DNA of 64,000 nucleotides, from positions 256,480-320,479 of the IMG/VR virus record IMGVR_UViG_3300026078_000017; one strand, 5' to 3'. Each line of letters begins with the position of its first letter. Positions within the stretch are counted from its first letter, which is position 1. The translations under genes were made by a program, and so were the position numbers. A model generated the notes under the pieces. It was not told where the DNA came from, did not search any database, and saw only the letters and a list, made by a program, of their open reading frames with translations. Positions 7,527 through 16,642 of the stretch are shown here, piece by piece.

Positions 7527-8078
7527 ATGACGAACGGAATCAAGGTCACGCGCAATGTCACGGGCTCGGTCGATGGCGCGCTTGTGCGTCTTTCCAAGGA
7601 TGGCGAGATCGCCACGGTGCTCGTGCGTGACACGGGGCTTTTGGAGCGTGTGCCTGCCGCGACGCTCACGCCTGCGAAGGGTCGTCCGATCAAGCTCATT
7701 CGCGGTCTTTGCCGTGCGGACGTGAACGAGCTTATCCGTGACGACGACGATTTCTGTCAGGACGCAATCGGCGAGCTTTTCGGTCGTCAGGCGTACGACG
7801 AGCGCGATGCGAAGGCGACCTATCACGACAACGACGTGGGTTTCCGTGCGGACGATGCTCGCCGTGGTTCGATGCTCGCGGTCAAGTCGGCTTGTGCGTG
7901 GGGCGCGGAAGAGTACGCGATGGCGCGTGGCATCCTTCGCAGCTACAGCGGAACGCAGCTTTTCGATATCGCTGCCGAGCGTCTTTCGGAGCGTGAGATC
8001 ATCGAGGCGACGTCCAGCACGGAAACGCAGCGCTGTGTTTCGGAAGTGCTCGCCGACCTTCTGTCGATGGCGGCTTGA
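7527..8078 (+). CDS. hypothetical protein, probably highly expressed (SH3-like N-terminus, KGRP motif)
   Basis: GC-rich codons, three promoters, strong RBS, terminator. Confidence 0.85.
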   Translation: MTNGIKVTRNVTGSVDGALVRLSKDGEIATVLVRDTGLLERVPAATLTPAKGRPIKLIRGLCRADVNELIRDDDDFCQDAIGELFGRQAYDERDAKATYHDNDVGFRADDARRGSMLAVKSACAWGAEEYAMARGILRSYSGTQLFDIAAERLSEREIIEATSSTETQRCVSEVLADLLSMAA

Positions 8079-8093
8079 TTCTCTGACGAAATG

Positions 8094-8124
8094 GGAAGGG
8101 CGGTTTATGTCGCCCTTCCTTTTT
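8094..8124 (+). terminator. rho-independent terminator
   Basis: GGAAGGGCG/CGCCCTTCC plus T-tract. Confidence 0.85.
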
Positions 8125-8162
8125 GTTTGACTTGTTCTCAAAACGTGGTAAAGTGTAGTGCT

Positions 8163-8441
8163 ATGTCCTCTCACACAATTTATCGCGAACCTTTTCGTCC
8201 GGTTGTGAAACCGGAAACCATTTTGATCGTTCGACGTGAACTTGCGTTGTCGATCACGGGAATGGGTCAATACACGGTCGTAAATGGCTTCAAAGGTCCG
8301 GATGCACGGGTCAAGGCCAGTAAATGGCTCGGTGACTTTCTGCGAACCTTGCCCAAGTCATATTCGGCAACTTACATGGTTTGGACCTTGGAAGAGTACG
8401 AAACCCACACCGGGCGGAAATGGGTTTGGCTTACCTTCTGA
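8163..8441 (+). CDS. hypothetical protein
   Basis: ORF after promoter. Confidence 0.7.
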   Translation: MSSHTIYREPFRPVVKPETILIVRRELALSITGMGQYTVVNGFKGPDARVKASKWLGDFLRTLPKSYSATYMVWTLEEYETHTGRKWVWLTF

Positions 8442-8468
8442 CCCCTACCTCCTAGGAGGATCTACAAC

Positions 8469-8759
8469 ATGCTTGAAAAGGATATTCAAGTTGGTGTTTT
8501 GGTAAGCACCATTAAAGGTGTTTACGAACTAAGTAATAACTTAGAATTAGACGTCAATTCTGTGTGGTTTCGTCAAATTCACAGAGAAAGTAAGGTCCAC
8601 ACATTCTTGATTTTGGATATTATCCAAGGTCACAGACCTTGGAATATTGTTAAAGTGTTGTCAGTGGAGTTTCAGGATGTTTGGTGGATTAATCAAACTT
8701 GGCTTGAACCAATGTTTCAGGTTTTTGAGACCCCACCCTCCTCAGCTCTGTGGCGTTGA
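8469..8759 (+). CDS. GD-family small beta-barrel paralog
   Basis: IQVGVLV. Confidence 0.7.
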   Translation: MLEKDIQVGVLVSTIKGVYELSNNLELDVNSVWFRQIHRESKVHTFLILDIIQGHRPWNIVKVLSVEFQDVWWINQTWLEPMFQVFETPPSSALWR

Positions 8760-8819
8760 TTTTTCTTGACCACCTCCTAGGTCCTGCTACAATCTGGTAA
8801 CTTCTTCTCAGTTGGAGAC

Positions 8820-9251
8820 ATGAACATGAATGACTATACCTGGTTCGCTCAGATTCTGGTCGATGCGGATTACACGCCCCGCAAGTATTCTGGTCGTTTC
8901 ATGTATGGAAAGCAGTGTCTTTCCATTCACCTCGATCGCGAGGATTCTCAGGCCCGGACCATCGGTCTGATTCTTGCGAACATGTCGATGGACAACAAGC
9001 ATCCGGCACGGTTCAAGCAGGATGTGCTTGATCTTTCGGAGATCTTGCAGGATGCTCGTGAGGATTCCATGGGCCTTGGAAGCGTCCTGTACTTCCCCAA
9101 GGTCACGTGGAAGGATTCCTACGAGAATCCCACGGGCGAGGAAGAGGATTTCGACGAGGAAGACGAACAGAAGGAATGGGAAGACGAGCGTACCACGAAC
9201 GCTCTTGAGTTGACCTGTTCCGATTCTGAGGAGATTTCTCCTAAGGGTTGA
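8820..9251 (+). CDS. phage hypothetical protein, acidic tail
   Basis: YSGRFMYGKQC...DSMGLGSVLYFP. Confidence 0.8.
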   Translation: MNMNDYTWFAQILVDADYTPRKYSGRFMYGKQCLSIHLDREDSQARTIGLILANMSMDNKHPARFKQDVLDLSEILQDAREDSMGLGSVLYFPKVTWKDSYENPTGEEEDFDEEDEQKEWEDERTTNALELTCSDSEEISPKG

Positions 9252-9335
9252 CACCGGGGGTAGCTCCTGCTACCATTTCCTCTGTCCGTTTTGACATGTT
9301 TTTGAACATGTTTTGATGGACGGAGGAAAACTGCT

Positions 9336-9596
9336 TTGAAGCCCACAGACATTTATACCAACGACTCGGGTAAGTCTTACATCATCACGTGGGTAAGCCC
9401 TGTCGAAAGTCTTATTTCTGCGGAGCCTGTGAGGGCTTTCCAGGGCATTTCTCTACCCCCCCACCTCCTAGCTCCTTCTAGGTTCCGCAGGATTTTCTGT
9501 GCGATTCTCGTGGCGCACTACTGGTTAGTTCGTGGAGTCAAACGCCTTTATTGGGAGTTGATTTACCAGCCAGGGGTTTGGAAGAAACGTGGTTGA
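9336..9596 (+). CDS. hypothetical protein
   Basis: GGAGG RBS. Confidence 0.6.
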   Translation: MKPTDIYTNDSGKSYIITWVSPVESLISAEPVRAFQGISLPPHLLAPSRFRRIFCAILVAHYWLVRGVKRLYWELIYQPGVWKKRG

Positions 9597-9843
9597 CTAT
9601 ATCTACAAACACTTAACGGTCGAAAATCGAACGATTGAAGTTGGAGACTTATTCAGCTTGCCTTCGGCAAGTAAGGTTTATCGAGAGGTTAATGGATTAT
9701 GGCTGGTGATTGCCATTGAAATCAGGGATAAACCTTTTGAAAATGGAGCCGTGTTTGTTTCCGCAGTAAACAAAAACAATCGAAAGGACCATTTTTGGCC
9801 TGAGATTGAAAACGTACAGGTTATTTCTCGTGTACCACCTTGA
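9589..9843 (+). CDS. GD-family paralog
   Basis: IEVGDLF. Confidence 0.75.
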   Translation: MVDYIYKHLTVENRTIEVGDLFSLPSASKVYREVNGLWLVIAIEIRDKPFENGAVFVSAVNKNNRKDHFWPEIENVQVISRVPP

Positions 9844-10057
9844 CAACACAGAACAGGTATATCGCTTTCAACCGGCAACCAATGAGGTTGTTCCTGGGGA
9901 CTTGGTCATTCATAATACTGGAATGGTTCAGCTTTGGTTAGTTTTAGCAGTGTGGGGTCAGGCTCGGGACTGTTGGGTTGAAATGATGAGCTTAACCACT
10001 CATCGCAAAGTGCAGAATCCTATTGAAGTCTTGATGGTTGCGACCCCCACCTCCTAG
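9806..10057 (+). CDS. GD-family paralog
   Basis: VVPGDLV; start uncertain. Confidence 0.7.
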   Translation: MKTYRLFLVYHLDNTEQVYRFQPATNEVVPGDLVIHNTGMVQLWLVLAVWGQARDCWVEMMSLTTHRKVQNPIEVLMVATPTS

Positions 10058-10065
10058 GTGCTCCT

Positions 10066-10323
10066 ATGTTCACCAAGCTTAAACAAAAAATAATCTACAA
10101 GCTCACACGTGTGTTAAACAAGGCAATGTGGGTTCCCGAGAAGGGAGACCTTGTCAAGGGAATTTTCCTAAACCCAAAAGAGCTTTGGCTTGTGATGGAA
10201 GTGAACGACTCAAGCAGTGGGTATGGAAAAACTTTAACGCTCCTGAACTTGAACAGCAATCATATTTTGCAGTTTGGGTGGACAGAAGACATTGAAATTG
10301 TTACGAAGGCGGATGACCAGTGA
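10066..10323 (+). CDS. GD-family paralog
   Basis: PEKGDLV. Confidence 0.75.
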   Translation: MFTKLKQKIIYKLTRVLNKAMWVPEKGDLVKGIFLNPKELWLVMEVNDSSSGYGKTLTLLNLNSNHILQFGWTEDIEIVTKADDQ

Positions 10324-10565
10324 GAGTCAATCCCAAAGTGGGCGACTTGGTTAAACTTGATCGTCAAGATCTTACCAACAGATACGCTTCTGTCAAACAG
10401 GAAAATGAACCCACGTGGCTCATATTGGATCTGGTTGAGGACAGAACAATATCGGGCACCAAAAGGTGGACACATAAAGCCTTGAACTTGCGGTCAAATG
10501 ATGTTATGTGGTTTGGCCTTGAAGGAACTGTGTGGATTGTTGTGTCCTCAGCAGGTCAGAAATGA
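10320..10565 (+). CDS. GD-family paralog
   Basis: PKVGDLV. Confidence 0.75.
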   Translation: MRVNPKVGDLVKLDRQDLTNRYASVKQENEPTWLILDLVEDRTISGTKRWTHKALNLRSNDVMWFGLEGTVWIVVSSAGQK

Positions 10566-10825
10566 TTACCTTTGAACAATTTGAGGCACTTGTCCCTGGG
10601 GACATATTCTCCCGTGAGTGGACCGAACTAGATCAAGATGGCAATAAGTTGCTTTTACGCGATGTGTGCATGGTGCTTGAAAAACCCCGAATGCACGATA
10701 GACCCCACCCACACATGTTGACCGTGTGGTGTCACAGACTAAATACAAACACCAAAATGACATATGTGTGGGCTAGAGAACTAGCTCACACATACACCTT
10801 TTGGGTTGGTCAAGAAGACGAGTGA
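10562..10825 (+). CDS. GD-family paralog
   Basis: LVPGDIF. Confidence 0.75.
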   Translation: MITFEQFEALVPGDIFSREWTELDQDGNKLLLRDVCMVLEKPRMHDRPHPHMLTVWCHRLNTNTKMTYVWARELAHTYTFWVGQEDE

Positions 10826-11061
10826 TTGTCTGTCGAGAAGCGTGACATTCTGATCTTTTGGGTTGCATCATAGGTCACGGGAAACTTCGTGTGTGACTTC
10901 ATCATGAAGTAAGTGACAACCATGTACGGCTTACCATTCTGCTTTCTCGCGTAGTGGTGAATTTCCAGAACCAACATTGCTGCATCCGGGTTGAATTCTC
11001 CGGACAAGGACAGCATGTCGCCAACCTGTAGATCCGTAACACTGGTGAATCCCTGAGACAT
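10810..11061 (-). CDS. GD-family paralog (leaderless)
   Basis: LQVGDML. Confidence 0.75.
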   Translation of the reverse strand: MSQGFTSVTDLQVGDMLSLSGEFNPDAAMLVLEIHHYARKQNGKPYMVVTYFMMKSHTKFPVTYDATQKIRMSRFSTDNHSSS

Positions 11062-11099
11062 GAGGATATTATAGCATCCTCATGATTTAGTGCAAGGGA

Positions 11100-11345
11100 T
11101 TATTCCTTGGGCCAGATTTGCACGCCATCACGAAATACTATCTCAGGACTTTCAATAGGCGTGGCGACTAGACTAAGTGAGCTTTTTTTAGCTCCACTTT
11201 TACCAAAAACAAACGCTTCACCTTGACCAATCAAGGAAATGATGAGATACCAGTCATGGGTGTCGTAAATTAAGTCACCGACTTGAAGCTCATCTCTAAA
11301 GTCACCAAAAACAAGTCTATCGACATACTTGATAGGAAGTCCCAC
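11100..11345 (-). CDS. GD-family paralog, RDG-IWP subfamily
   Basis: LQVGDLI...FRDGVQIWP. Confidence 0.75.
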   Translation of the reverse strand: MGLPIKYVDRLVFGDFRDELQVGDLIYDTHDWYLIISLIGQGEAFVFGKSGAKKSSLSLVATPIESPEIVFRDGVQIWPKE

Positions 11346-11347
11346 AG

Positions 11348-11653
11348 TTAGATTTGTTCCTTAGGCCAGATTTTCTTTCCATCTCGCCAGATTTCATCAT
11401 AGGACAACAAGCCAGGTTCTAGGTCCCATGAACAGGTTTCGTGTGTGGTGAGACACCACAACTTCATGTAACGAGTCATGTCAGTACCAAAACGTGAGGA
11501 GTCTTCTGGTTCATATTCCAAACACAAAAACCAACCTTTATTACGGGTTTCAGGAAAATCATTTCTGGTAAACCACAGGTCACCAGGCTGGACTACTTCT
11601 CTTGCGGACATACCTTCTTGTTCTTCGTTTTCGACAATGTCCCAGTTGGCCAT
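11348..11653 (-). CDS. GD-family paralog, RDG-IWP subfamily
   Basis: VQPGDLW...WRDGKKIWP. Confidence 0.75.
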   Translation of the reverse strand: MANWDIVENEEQEGMSAREVVQPGDLWFTRNDFPETRNKGWFLCLEYEPEDSSRFGTDMTRYMKLWCLTTHETCSWDLEPGLLSYDEIWRDGKKIWPKEQI

Positions 11654-11934
11654 ATTTTCTTTCCGTCTCGAAAAATCTGCATGAGTCTCTTAGACAACAA
11701 GGCTGAGGTGTAAATCAGGTGTTTGGTATTATCTTCAAGACACAAGACATTCCAATAAACGTCGTCTGGAAGACCCATGAATTCTGGTGGTGGCATGTGA
11801 GGTGACACATCCAAAATAAGATATTTTATCCACGTCTCCTCAGAGCCCTGAATTTTTAGGTACAGCAAGTCACCAATCTGACATACCGTACAAATCCTGA
11901 GCTTGTCATCCATCGGCATCCACAAGAGTACCAC
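11593..11934 (-). CDS. GD-family paralog, RDG-IWP subfamily
   Basis: CQIGDLL...FRDGKKIWP. Confidence 0.7.
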   Translation of the reverse strand: MVLLWMPMDDKLRICTVCQIGDLLYLKIQGSEETWIKYLILDVSPHMPPPEFMGLPDDVYWNVLCLEDNTKHLIYTSALLSKRLMQIFRDGKKIWPTGTLSKTKNKKVCPQEK

Positions 11935-11954
11935 AAGAATTCAGGTGGTCAAGG

Positions 11955-12413
11955 TCATTTTTTCTTGGAGGGTGTTCCGGTAGATGAGAGAGGAAATGGA
12001 TAACTTGTTGAATTGGTTATCATCGCCGGAAAAGAAAAACTGGTTGCAGAGCTATTTGTAGTGGTTGATGTGGCATACATCATCTCACGAGGGTCAACTG
12101 GCTCACCTGTTTCCTCTGTAGAAGCAAGCAGTTCAACGCCAGAGTCATTGATTCCATTTGAAGAAAAATAAAATGTGGTTCTCTTGAAGTTGTTGACACC
12201 AGAAGTAAGCCACATGACCTGACATACAAAATACACACTGCCATCAAACTTAGGTTGCGTGATTACCAGAAAGGTAATAGGATCTGGACTCACAGGAACA
12301 GGTCCGTTGTTCTGACTTTGTTGATATTTTACATGCGTGAACATGTCGCCCTTCTTGAAGCGACGTCTTTTCACGGGTAGACTCTTTACTATGTTGAAAT
12401 TTACCACTGTCAT
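11955..12413 (-). CDS. GD-family paralog with Ser/Thr-rich tail
   Basis: FKKGDMF. Confidence 0.7.
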   Translation of the reverse strand: MTVVNFNIVKSLPVKRRRFKKGDMFTHVKYQQSQNNGPVPVSPDPITFLVITQPKFDGSVYFVCQVMWLTSGVNNFKRTTFYFSSNGINDSGVELLASTEETGEPVDPREMMYATSTTTNSSATSFSFPAMITNSTSYPFPLSSTGTPSKKK

Positions 12414-12643
12414 TCCAGGTTCTGCAACAAAATAAATTTCTCCAAGAGACTTTGTTGAAATCTTATCTTTTGCTGCTTCTTGAAGTCAAAGACCCTGTAG
12501 GAAGGTTCTCGGGTCATGCCCAATGCATTTTTCCCGCCCGCCACGTGCTCTAGGACAAGCCATCTTGGCTTAGCTGGGCTGCCATCGTCTCTCACAGTCA
12601 CGAGGGCTACAAGGTCCCCAGGAGCGAACTTAAACTTGGTCAT
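12410..12643 (-). CDS. GD-family paralog
   Basis: FAPGDLV. Confidence 0.75.
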   Translation of the reverse strand: MTKFKFAPGDLVALVTVRDDGSPAKPRWLVLEHVAGGKNALGMTREPSYRVFDFKKQQKIRFQQSLLEKFILLQNLE

Positions 12644-12924
12644 TGGACATCCATCAAAAGACGATAACATGTGCTGTTGTCAACTTGTAGTGAATATCTT
12701 TTGTTTTCGGTGAGACTATAAACGATTACGACATACTCACGGAAATATTGTTCCTTACCGCTAGAGGAAAGCCATCGAGCCCTTTCTGTTAGCTCCTTTG
12801 GTTCATCCACGACCAAGTAGGTCAGTTTCTTACTGTCACCAAGGAATTGGAATATGTCACCCATTTTCAGTGGGTGACTCTTGAACTGAAACTCTCCATC
12901 GCCCTCAAGGAAGTTAAATGGCAT
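12640..12924 (-). CDS. GD-family paralog
   Basis: LKMGDIF. Confidence 0.75.
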   Translation of the reverse strand: MPFNFLEGDGEFQFKSHPLKMGDIFQFLGDSKKLTYLVVDEPKELTERARWLSSSGKEQYFREYVVIVYSLTENKRYSLQVDNSTCYRLLMDVQ

Positions 12925-13156
12925 TCATTTCTTCCCCTGTTTCGCCTGCCCACACACAGTTTGTCTCCAAAAAGTGTTTTCGGACTCGTGATCGTCTGTT
13001 TAGACTAAGGTCCCAAATCAAGTAGTAGTCCACTGCATATTCCTCATATGTGGCTTCCACGGTCTCGGAGCAAATCTGCTCTAAGACCAAGTAATAGTGC
13101 GTTTGGGACAAGTTTGACACAACATCCCCACGTTGATATTTGAACCTAGAAGTCAT
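12914..13156 (-). CDS. GD-family paralog
   Basis: YQRGDVV. Confidence 0.75.
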   Translation of the reverse strand: MTSRFKYQRGDVVSNLSQTHYYLVLEQICSETVEATYEEYAVDYYLIWDLSLNRRSRVRKHFLETNCVWAGETGEEMNAI

Positions 13157-13353
13157 TCGGTTTTCATCTTTAGAAGGCGTGCGTTTACGTAAAGGTAGTC
13201 ATACCAAACAATTTTGTTTGGTTTTAAGTCCCAAAGGACGTATACTTCTTCCTGTAAATCTGTATCCAAGACCATCCACAAGTGTTTGGTTCTTATTCCA
13301 AGCTGTTCCATTTGGAGAAGTTCGCCCACCTTGAATTTGAAGTTAAGGCTCAT
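13153..13353 (-). CDS. GD-family paralog
   Basis: FKVGELL. Confidence 0.7.
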   Translation of the reverse strand: MSLNFKFKVGELLQMEQLGIRTKHLWMVLDTDLQEEVYVLWDLKPNKIVWYDYLYVNARLLKMKTE

Positions 13354-13657
13354 ACTTGAAATTTTGGTCTGTGTCAAATGACCAAAACAATTCTCCATCT
13401 CGATAGACCTTGTCGCTTTTGTAGATGGAGTCAAAGTGGGGATGTTTCCATCCAGACTGGATATCCATAACTTCCCATCGGATGGAATTCCAATAGTCCC
13501 TTGGACTGCGACGTAATACCAGGAAATTAATCCCTCCGGAGTCGACGACGATGTCTCCTGGCACAAGGTTTGCCACAATGGTACGAGCATACTCAACCCA
13601 CTGCGCGTGGATTCTTTCACGTTCCTCTAGGGCAAGCATTTCTTCTTCGGGAGTCAT
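13343..13657 (-). CDS. GD-family paralog, RDG subfamily
   Basis: LVPGDIV...YRDGELFW. Confidence 0.75.
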   Translation of the reverse strand: MTPEEEMLALEERERIHAQWVEYARTIVANLVPGDIVVDSGGINFLVLRRSPRDYWNSIRWEVMDIQSGWKHPHFDSIYKSDKVYRDGELFWSFDTDQNFKYEP

Positions 13658-13917
13658 AGTCGTTGTTGAATTCTAAAAGCTTCCTGGATATGGATCATCT
13701 CATAATCCTTATATCCGAAACTGGAAAATCCATCATTGCACCAAAAATAGACCTGCCAGAAACTTATTTCGTTCCAATTTTGCCAAGTGCACTTAGTAAT
13801 AATGGCCCAGCACTTTATGGCACCTGGACGTTTGAATTCGACCAAGTCACCAGGAGTGTAAAGACACTTGTAGAAGAGAGGATCTTCTGTTGGTTGAGTT
13901 TCAGAAATCATAGGCAA
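13654..13917 (-). CDS. GD-family paralog
   Basis: YTPGDLV. Confidence 0.75.
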   Translation of the reverse strand: MPMISETQPTEDPLFYKCLYTPGDLVEFKRPGAIKCWAIITKCTWQNWNEISFWQVYFWCNDGFSSFGYKDYEMIHIQEAFRIQQRL

Positions 13918-14173
13918 GAGCCTGAGCCAGGTGACTCAGGAAATCCATCACGTCACCATTTGCGAAGTCGATGCGACGAAGCATATCGGCGATCTTCTCC
14001 TGTTCCTGAGCAGGAGCCGAGTACAGAATGGTGTCGATCACCACACCAGCCTCGATCACATTCTCCGTGCCAAGAGGTGCCGTGACGTGGAACGTGTGGT
14101 CACGATCCAGGTCCTTCTCGGCAAAGAAATCGGTGAGGTACTTCTTCGTGGACTGCGTCTTGGTGTTGGACAT
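13901..14173 (-). CDS. phage hypothetical protein (leaderless)
   Basis: FFAEKDL...IDFANGDVMDFLSHLA; ATG 6 nt after TATCAT. Confidence 0.8.
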   Translation of the reverse strand: MSNTKTQSTKKYLTDFFAEKDLDRDHTFHVTAPLGTENVIEAGVVIDTILYSAPAQEQEKIADMLRRIDFANGDVMDFLSHLAQALAYDF

Positions 14174-14256
14174 GAGGTTATGATAGCACCCAACAAAGAA
14201 GGCGCAACAAAAATCTTTTTGTGGCAGTTCAAGACCCTTCATGATAGACTTGTCTC

Positions 14257-14511
14257 GTGGCCTTTAATTTTCTTCAGGAAACAATTGAAGTCGGAGACAT
14301 GCTCAAGTGGCAATATATGCCAAACGGACTACCAGAGTATTTTCTTGTGGTTTCCGCATCATCGATGATAGTCACCGAAAATCAGTTTAATCTCAGGTTT
14401 TTCTGTGAGATTGGAATCCAGGTCTTAGACTTGAAGACTTCACATGTTGAGGTTGACTTGGTGATTGACTCAACAAATCAAGCTTATTGGACTAAGGTTT
14501 ATCCAACCTAG
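14257..14511 (+). CDS. GD-family paralog
   Basis: IEVGDML. Confidence 0.7.
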   Translation: MAFNFLQETIEVGDMLKWQYMPNGLPEYFLVVSASSMIVTENQFNLRFFCEIGIQVLDLKTSHVEVDLVIDSTNQAYWTKVYPT

Positions 14512-14725
14512 ACATCAGAAGGTATTTCTTCTGGTAGTCATCTTGATACATGTTGAAGTCGTGAAATTGTCTTGTAGTGAGGTTGACACAGGTAGCTCGA
14601 ATGCTACCTCGACTTTCATGGTCAACAGCCAAAACAAGCCAACAGTGCATCGGATTAACGGGATTTAATGGAACCGGATTGAAGTACCGGAACAAATCAC
14701 CGACAATCGGATATCTGACTGTCAT
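14492..14725 (-). CDS. GD-family paralog
   Basis: PIVGDLF. Confidence 0.75.
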   Translation of the reverse strand: MTVRYPIVGDLFRYFNPVPLNPVNPMHCWLVLAVDHESRGSIRATCVNLTTRQFHDFNMYQDDYQKKYLLMSRLDKP

Positions 14726-14744
14726 TTCCCTAAATAGGGAAACC

Positions 14745-15053
14745 TTAGGCCGATTGTATCAAAATGTAGGCATGCTGAACAGAATCATCATCCCAAACCA
14801 TATGAGGAATAAGTCTACTTTGATTGAGGGTGTCCTTGATTAGCAGAATCCTAAAAACCCAAACAAACTCTACATCATTCCCAAATGCATATTTTTGGTC
14901 ATAGCTTTTTTCTACATTTAACATAAGCCAGACACAGTCCCACAGTTCATCCTTGACTGGTTCTGGTTTTTTGCCAGAAATACCATCACGAATTGGCACT
15001 CGTTGATCTCGCCAGTAGAACAAGTCACCAACCTGAGGGATTTTGGGTGTCAT
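14745..15053 (-). CDS. GD-family paralog
   Basis: PQVGDLF. Confidence 0.75.
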   Translation of the reverse strand: MTPKIPQVGDLFYWRDQRVPIRDGISGKKPEPVKDELWDCVWLMLNVEKSYDQKYAFGNDVEFVWVFRILLIKDTLNQSRLIPHMVWDDDSVQHAYILIQSA

Positions 15054-15345
15054 CTGTTGCCTGCATCTCAATCATGGTACGCTTTGATTCCGAAATGGTG
15101 ATCTTTCGAGTTATGTTATCTTTGGTCAATATTGTCATTTGAACCCACTTCTTGCATCGTTTGTGGATTTCAAGAACAAGGTAATACGAAAACTCAGGCA
15201 TGTTCCTTTGCCAGGATTGCGTGGCATAGTCCCAAGAAATGCCTTTGTGTTTTTTACGAACAAGCCATCCTTCCTGGACTTTTTGCGTGTCGAATAAAAT
15301 GAACATGTGTATGTCAGACTTTAGCACCGAACCCATAGAGATCAA
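15025..15345 (-). CDS. GD-family paralog (divergent)
   Basis: VQEGWLV...YYLVLE. Confidence 0.65.
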   Translation of the reverse strand: MISMGSVLKSDIHMFILFDTQKVQEGWLVRKKHKGISWDYATQSWQRNMPEFSYYLVLEIHKRCKKWVQMTILTKDNITRKITISESKRTMIEMQATDDTQNPSGW

Positions 15346-15349
15346 ATGG

Positions 15350-15384
15350 AAAAGGATGGAACCCCATTTCGGTGTTCCACCCTT
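15350..15384 (-). terminator. rho-independent terminator
   Basis: AAGGGTGGAAC/GTTCCATCCTT plus T-tract. Confidence 0.8.
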
Positions 15385-15486
15385 CTCAGCAGATTATTGC
15401 GACTTTCGACATTGCTGGCACTTGTCTAAAGCCTAACTGACTTCGGTCCAGCCCCGGTCAGCGTAACAGCCTCGCTTATCTATGAG
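15385..15486 (-). ncRNA. structured RNA domain with candidate kissing loops
   Basis: CTCA/TGAG, AGAT/ATCT, GCGA/TCGC, GCTGAC/GTCAGT, GACA/TGTC; loops GCTGG and CCAGC complementary. Confidence 0.55.
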
Positions 15487-15550
15487 CACAGTTGTTTCTC
15501 TATTATCTTAATTAGAGGGTTGCTAGTTTATTGGTTTGAGTGAGGGAACT

Positions 15551-15707
15551 ATGTTCCTGAGCTGAATGCACCGAGCCTGCTCGTAATCGACCCTACTTGC
15601 CTAAAATTAGGGTGGCTTTCATGCCGACTACCAAGGACTTTATGTGCGCACATACACCTAGGGAGCGTCCTCCAAGGTCAGGTTAGGTGCATTCAACTCA
15701 GGAACAT
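15551..15707 (-). ncRNA. multi-branched ncRNA with 22-bp closing stem
   Basis: ATGTTCCTGAGTTGAATGCACC/GGTGCATTCAGCTCAGGAACAT plus four inner helices; promoter TTGACA(15744-15739)-16-TACAGT(15722-15717). Confidence 0.8.
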
Positions 15708-15740
15708 CATGAACTTACTGTAGCAAGACTTTTGGAAGTG

Positions 15741-16064
15741 TCAAGCTGTTTCCTGCTCGGTCTGCTTGAGCCAGAGACACGAGTTTGCGTCCACACCCTT
15801 GACGATGAACGTCACGTGATCGACGGAGCACTCACGCGGATACATGGTCACATCCGTAGGCTGGATGTTGAAGTGTGCGGCAACAACCGGAATCAGACGA
15901 CTCACCACCTTGCGATAGGCCGTAGACTGACCAATATTTGCCATCTCCGCGTACTGGTCGCCCGTAAGAGCCACACGAACACGACCATTCTTGCGCGGTC
16001 GACCCTTCATGCCGGTCTGCGAGGGAAGCGAAGTGGTCTGCTCAAGAGAAAGAAGCGTCGTCAT
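15741..16064 (-). CDS. hypothetical protein with AT-hook-like KGRPRK
   Basis: GC-rich codons; resembles ORF at 52281. Confidence 0.8.
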   Translation of the reverse strand: MTTLLSLEQTTSLPSQTGMKGRPRKNGRVRVALTGDQYAEMANIGQSTAYRKVVSRLIPVVAAHFNIQPTDVTMYPRECSVDHVTFIVKGVDANSCLWLKQTEQETA

Positions 16065-16139
16065 TTGGGAATCCTTTTGTTGGTGACTTCGAACTCATTT
16101 GTTTTAGCGTATTTTCCGAAAGGCGCAAGAAGTTTTTTT

Positions 16140-16370
16140 TCACTCAGTCCTAGACAAAATTTTGTAAAACCTTATTTGATTCGGCCAGATATGAAAAGAT
16201 CTTGCAAGACCTGCATAGTTGTCAGACAGAAAAAAGGCATGCCACACACGACAACTTTCTCGCCATCCTAAATCCTTTAATAGCAAAACCCGATAATAAC
16301 CAGTGTCATAGTCAACAATGTCACCAACTCGAAATCTTTCAATGTCTTCAAGGTCTTCTTGATTATTCAC
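16140..16370 (-). CDS. GD-family paralog
   Basis: FRVGDIV. Confidence 0.75.
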   Translation of the reverse strand: MNNQEDLEDIERFRVGDIVDYDTGYYRVLLLKDLGWRESCRVWHAFFLSDNYAGLARSFHIWPNQIRFYKILSRTE

Positions 16371-16642
16371 TGGTTATCCTCAGACAACAAAAAATATTCA
16401 TGAGAACGGACATTCCCAATCCACCAACACTCACTGATGGTTTTGTGAAACAGGACTGGAATCTGATTGATTATCCAGCCTTTTCCCTTCCATCTTTCTG
16501 TTGCACGACTGTAATCGTCAACAGTGAAATTTTCAAGCACCAAATAAGTGACTTTGATGAGTGAGCCATCAGACATGGTCTGACGGAGGAAAATCAAATC
16601 ACCTGTTTTAGGTGGTCGAGTTAGAGTCTTCATCACATTCAT
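16367..16642 (-). CDS. GD-family paralog
   Basis: PKTGDLI. Confidence 0.75.
   Translation of the reverse strand: MNVMKTLTRPPKTGDLIFLRQTMSDGSLIKVTYLVLENFTVDDYSRATERWKGKGWIINQIPVLFHKTISECWWIGNVRSHEYFLLSEDNQ

Larger units (their letters stand above)
8440..10058 (+). repeat. dispersed motif GACCCCYACCTCCTAGG
   Basis: full copies 8440-8456 and 10042-10058; core ACCTCCTAG also at 8772 and 9463. Confidence 0.6.

Noticed and set aside
7482-8270. Long antisense ORFs (also 44013-44912, 48670-49281, 15687-16271, 61015-61575)
   Set aside because: Shadows of codon-biased real genes or ncRNAs on the opposite strand, with no RBS or motifs.
15350-15707. 6S RNA, RNase P RNA, c-di-GMP riboswitch or read-through peptide
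   Set aside because: The fold is multi-branched rather than a rod with a central bubble, RNase P and riboswitch signatures are incomplete, and the small GTG ORF has an internal TAG and a weak RBS.
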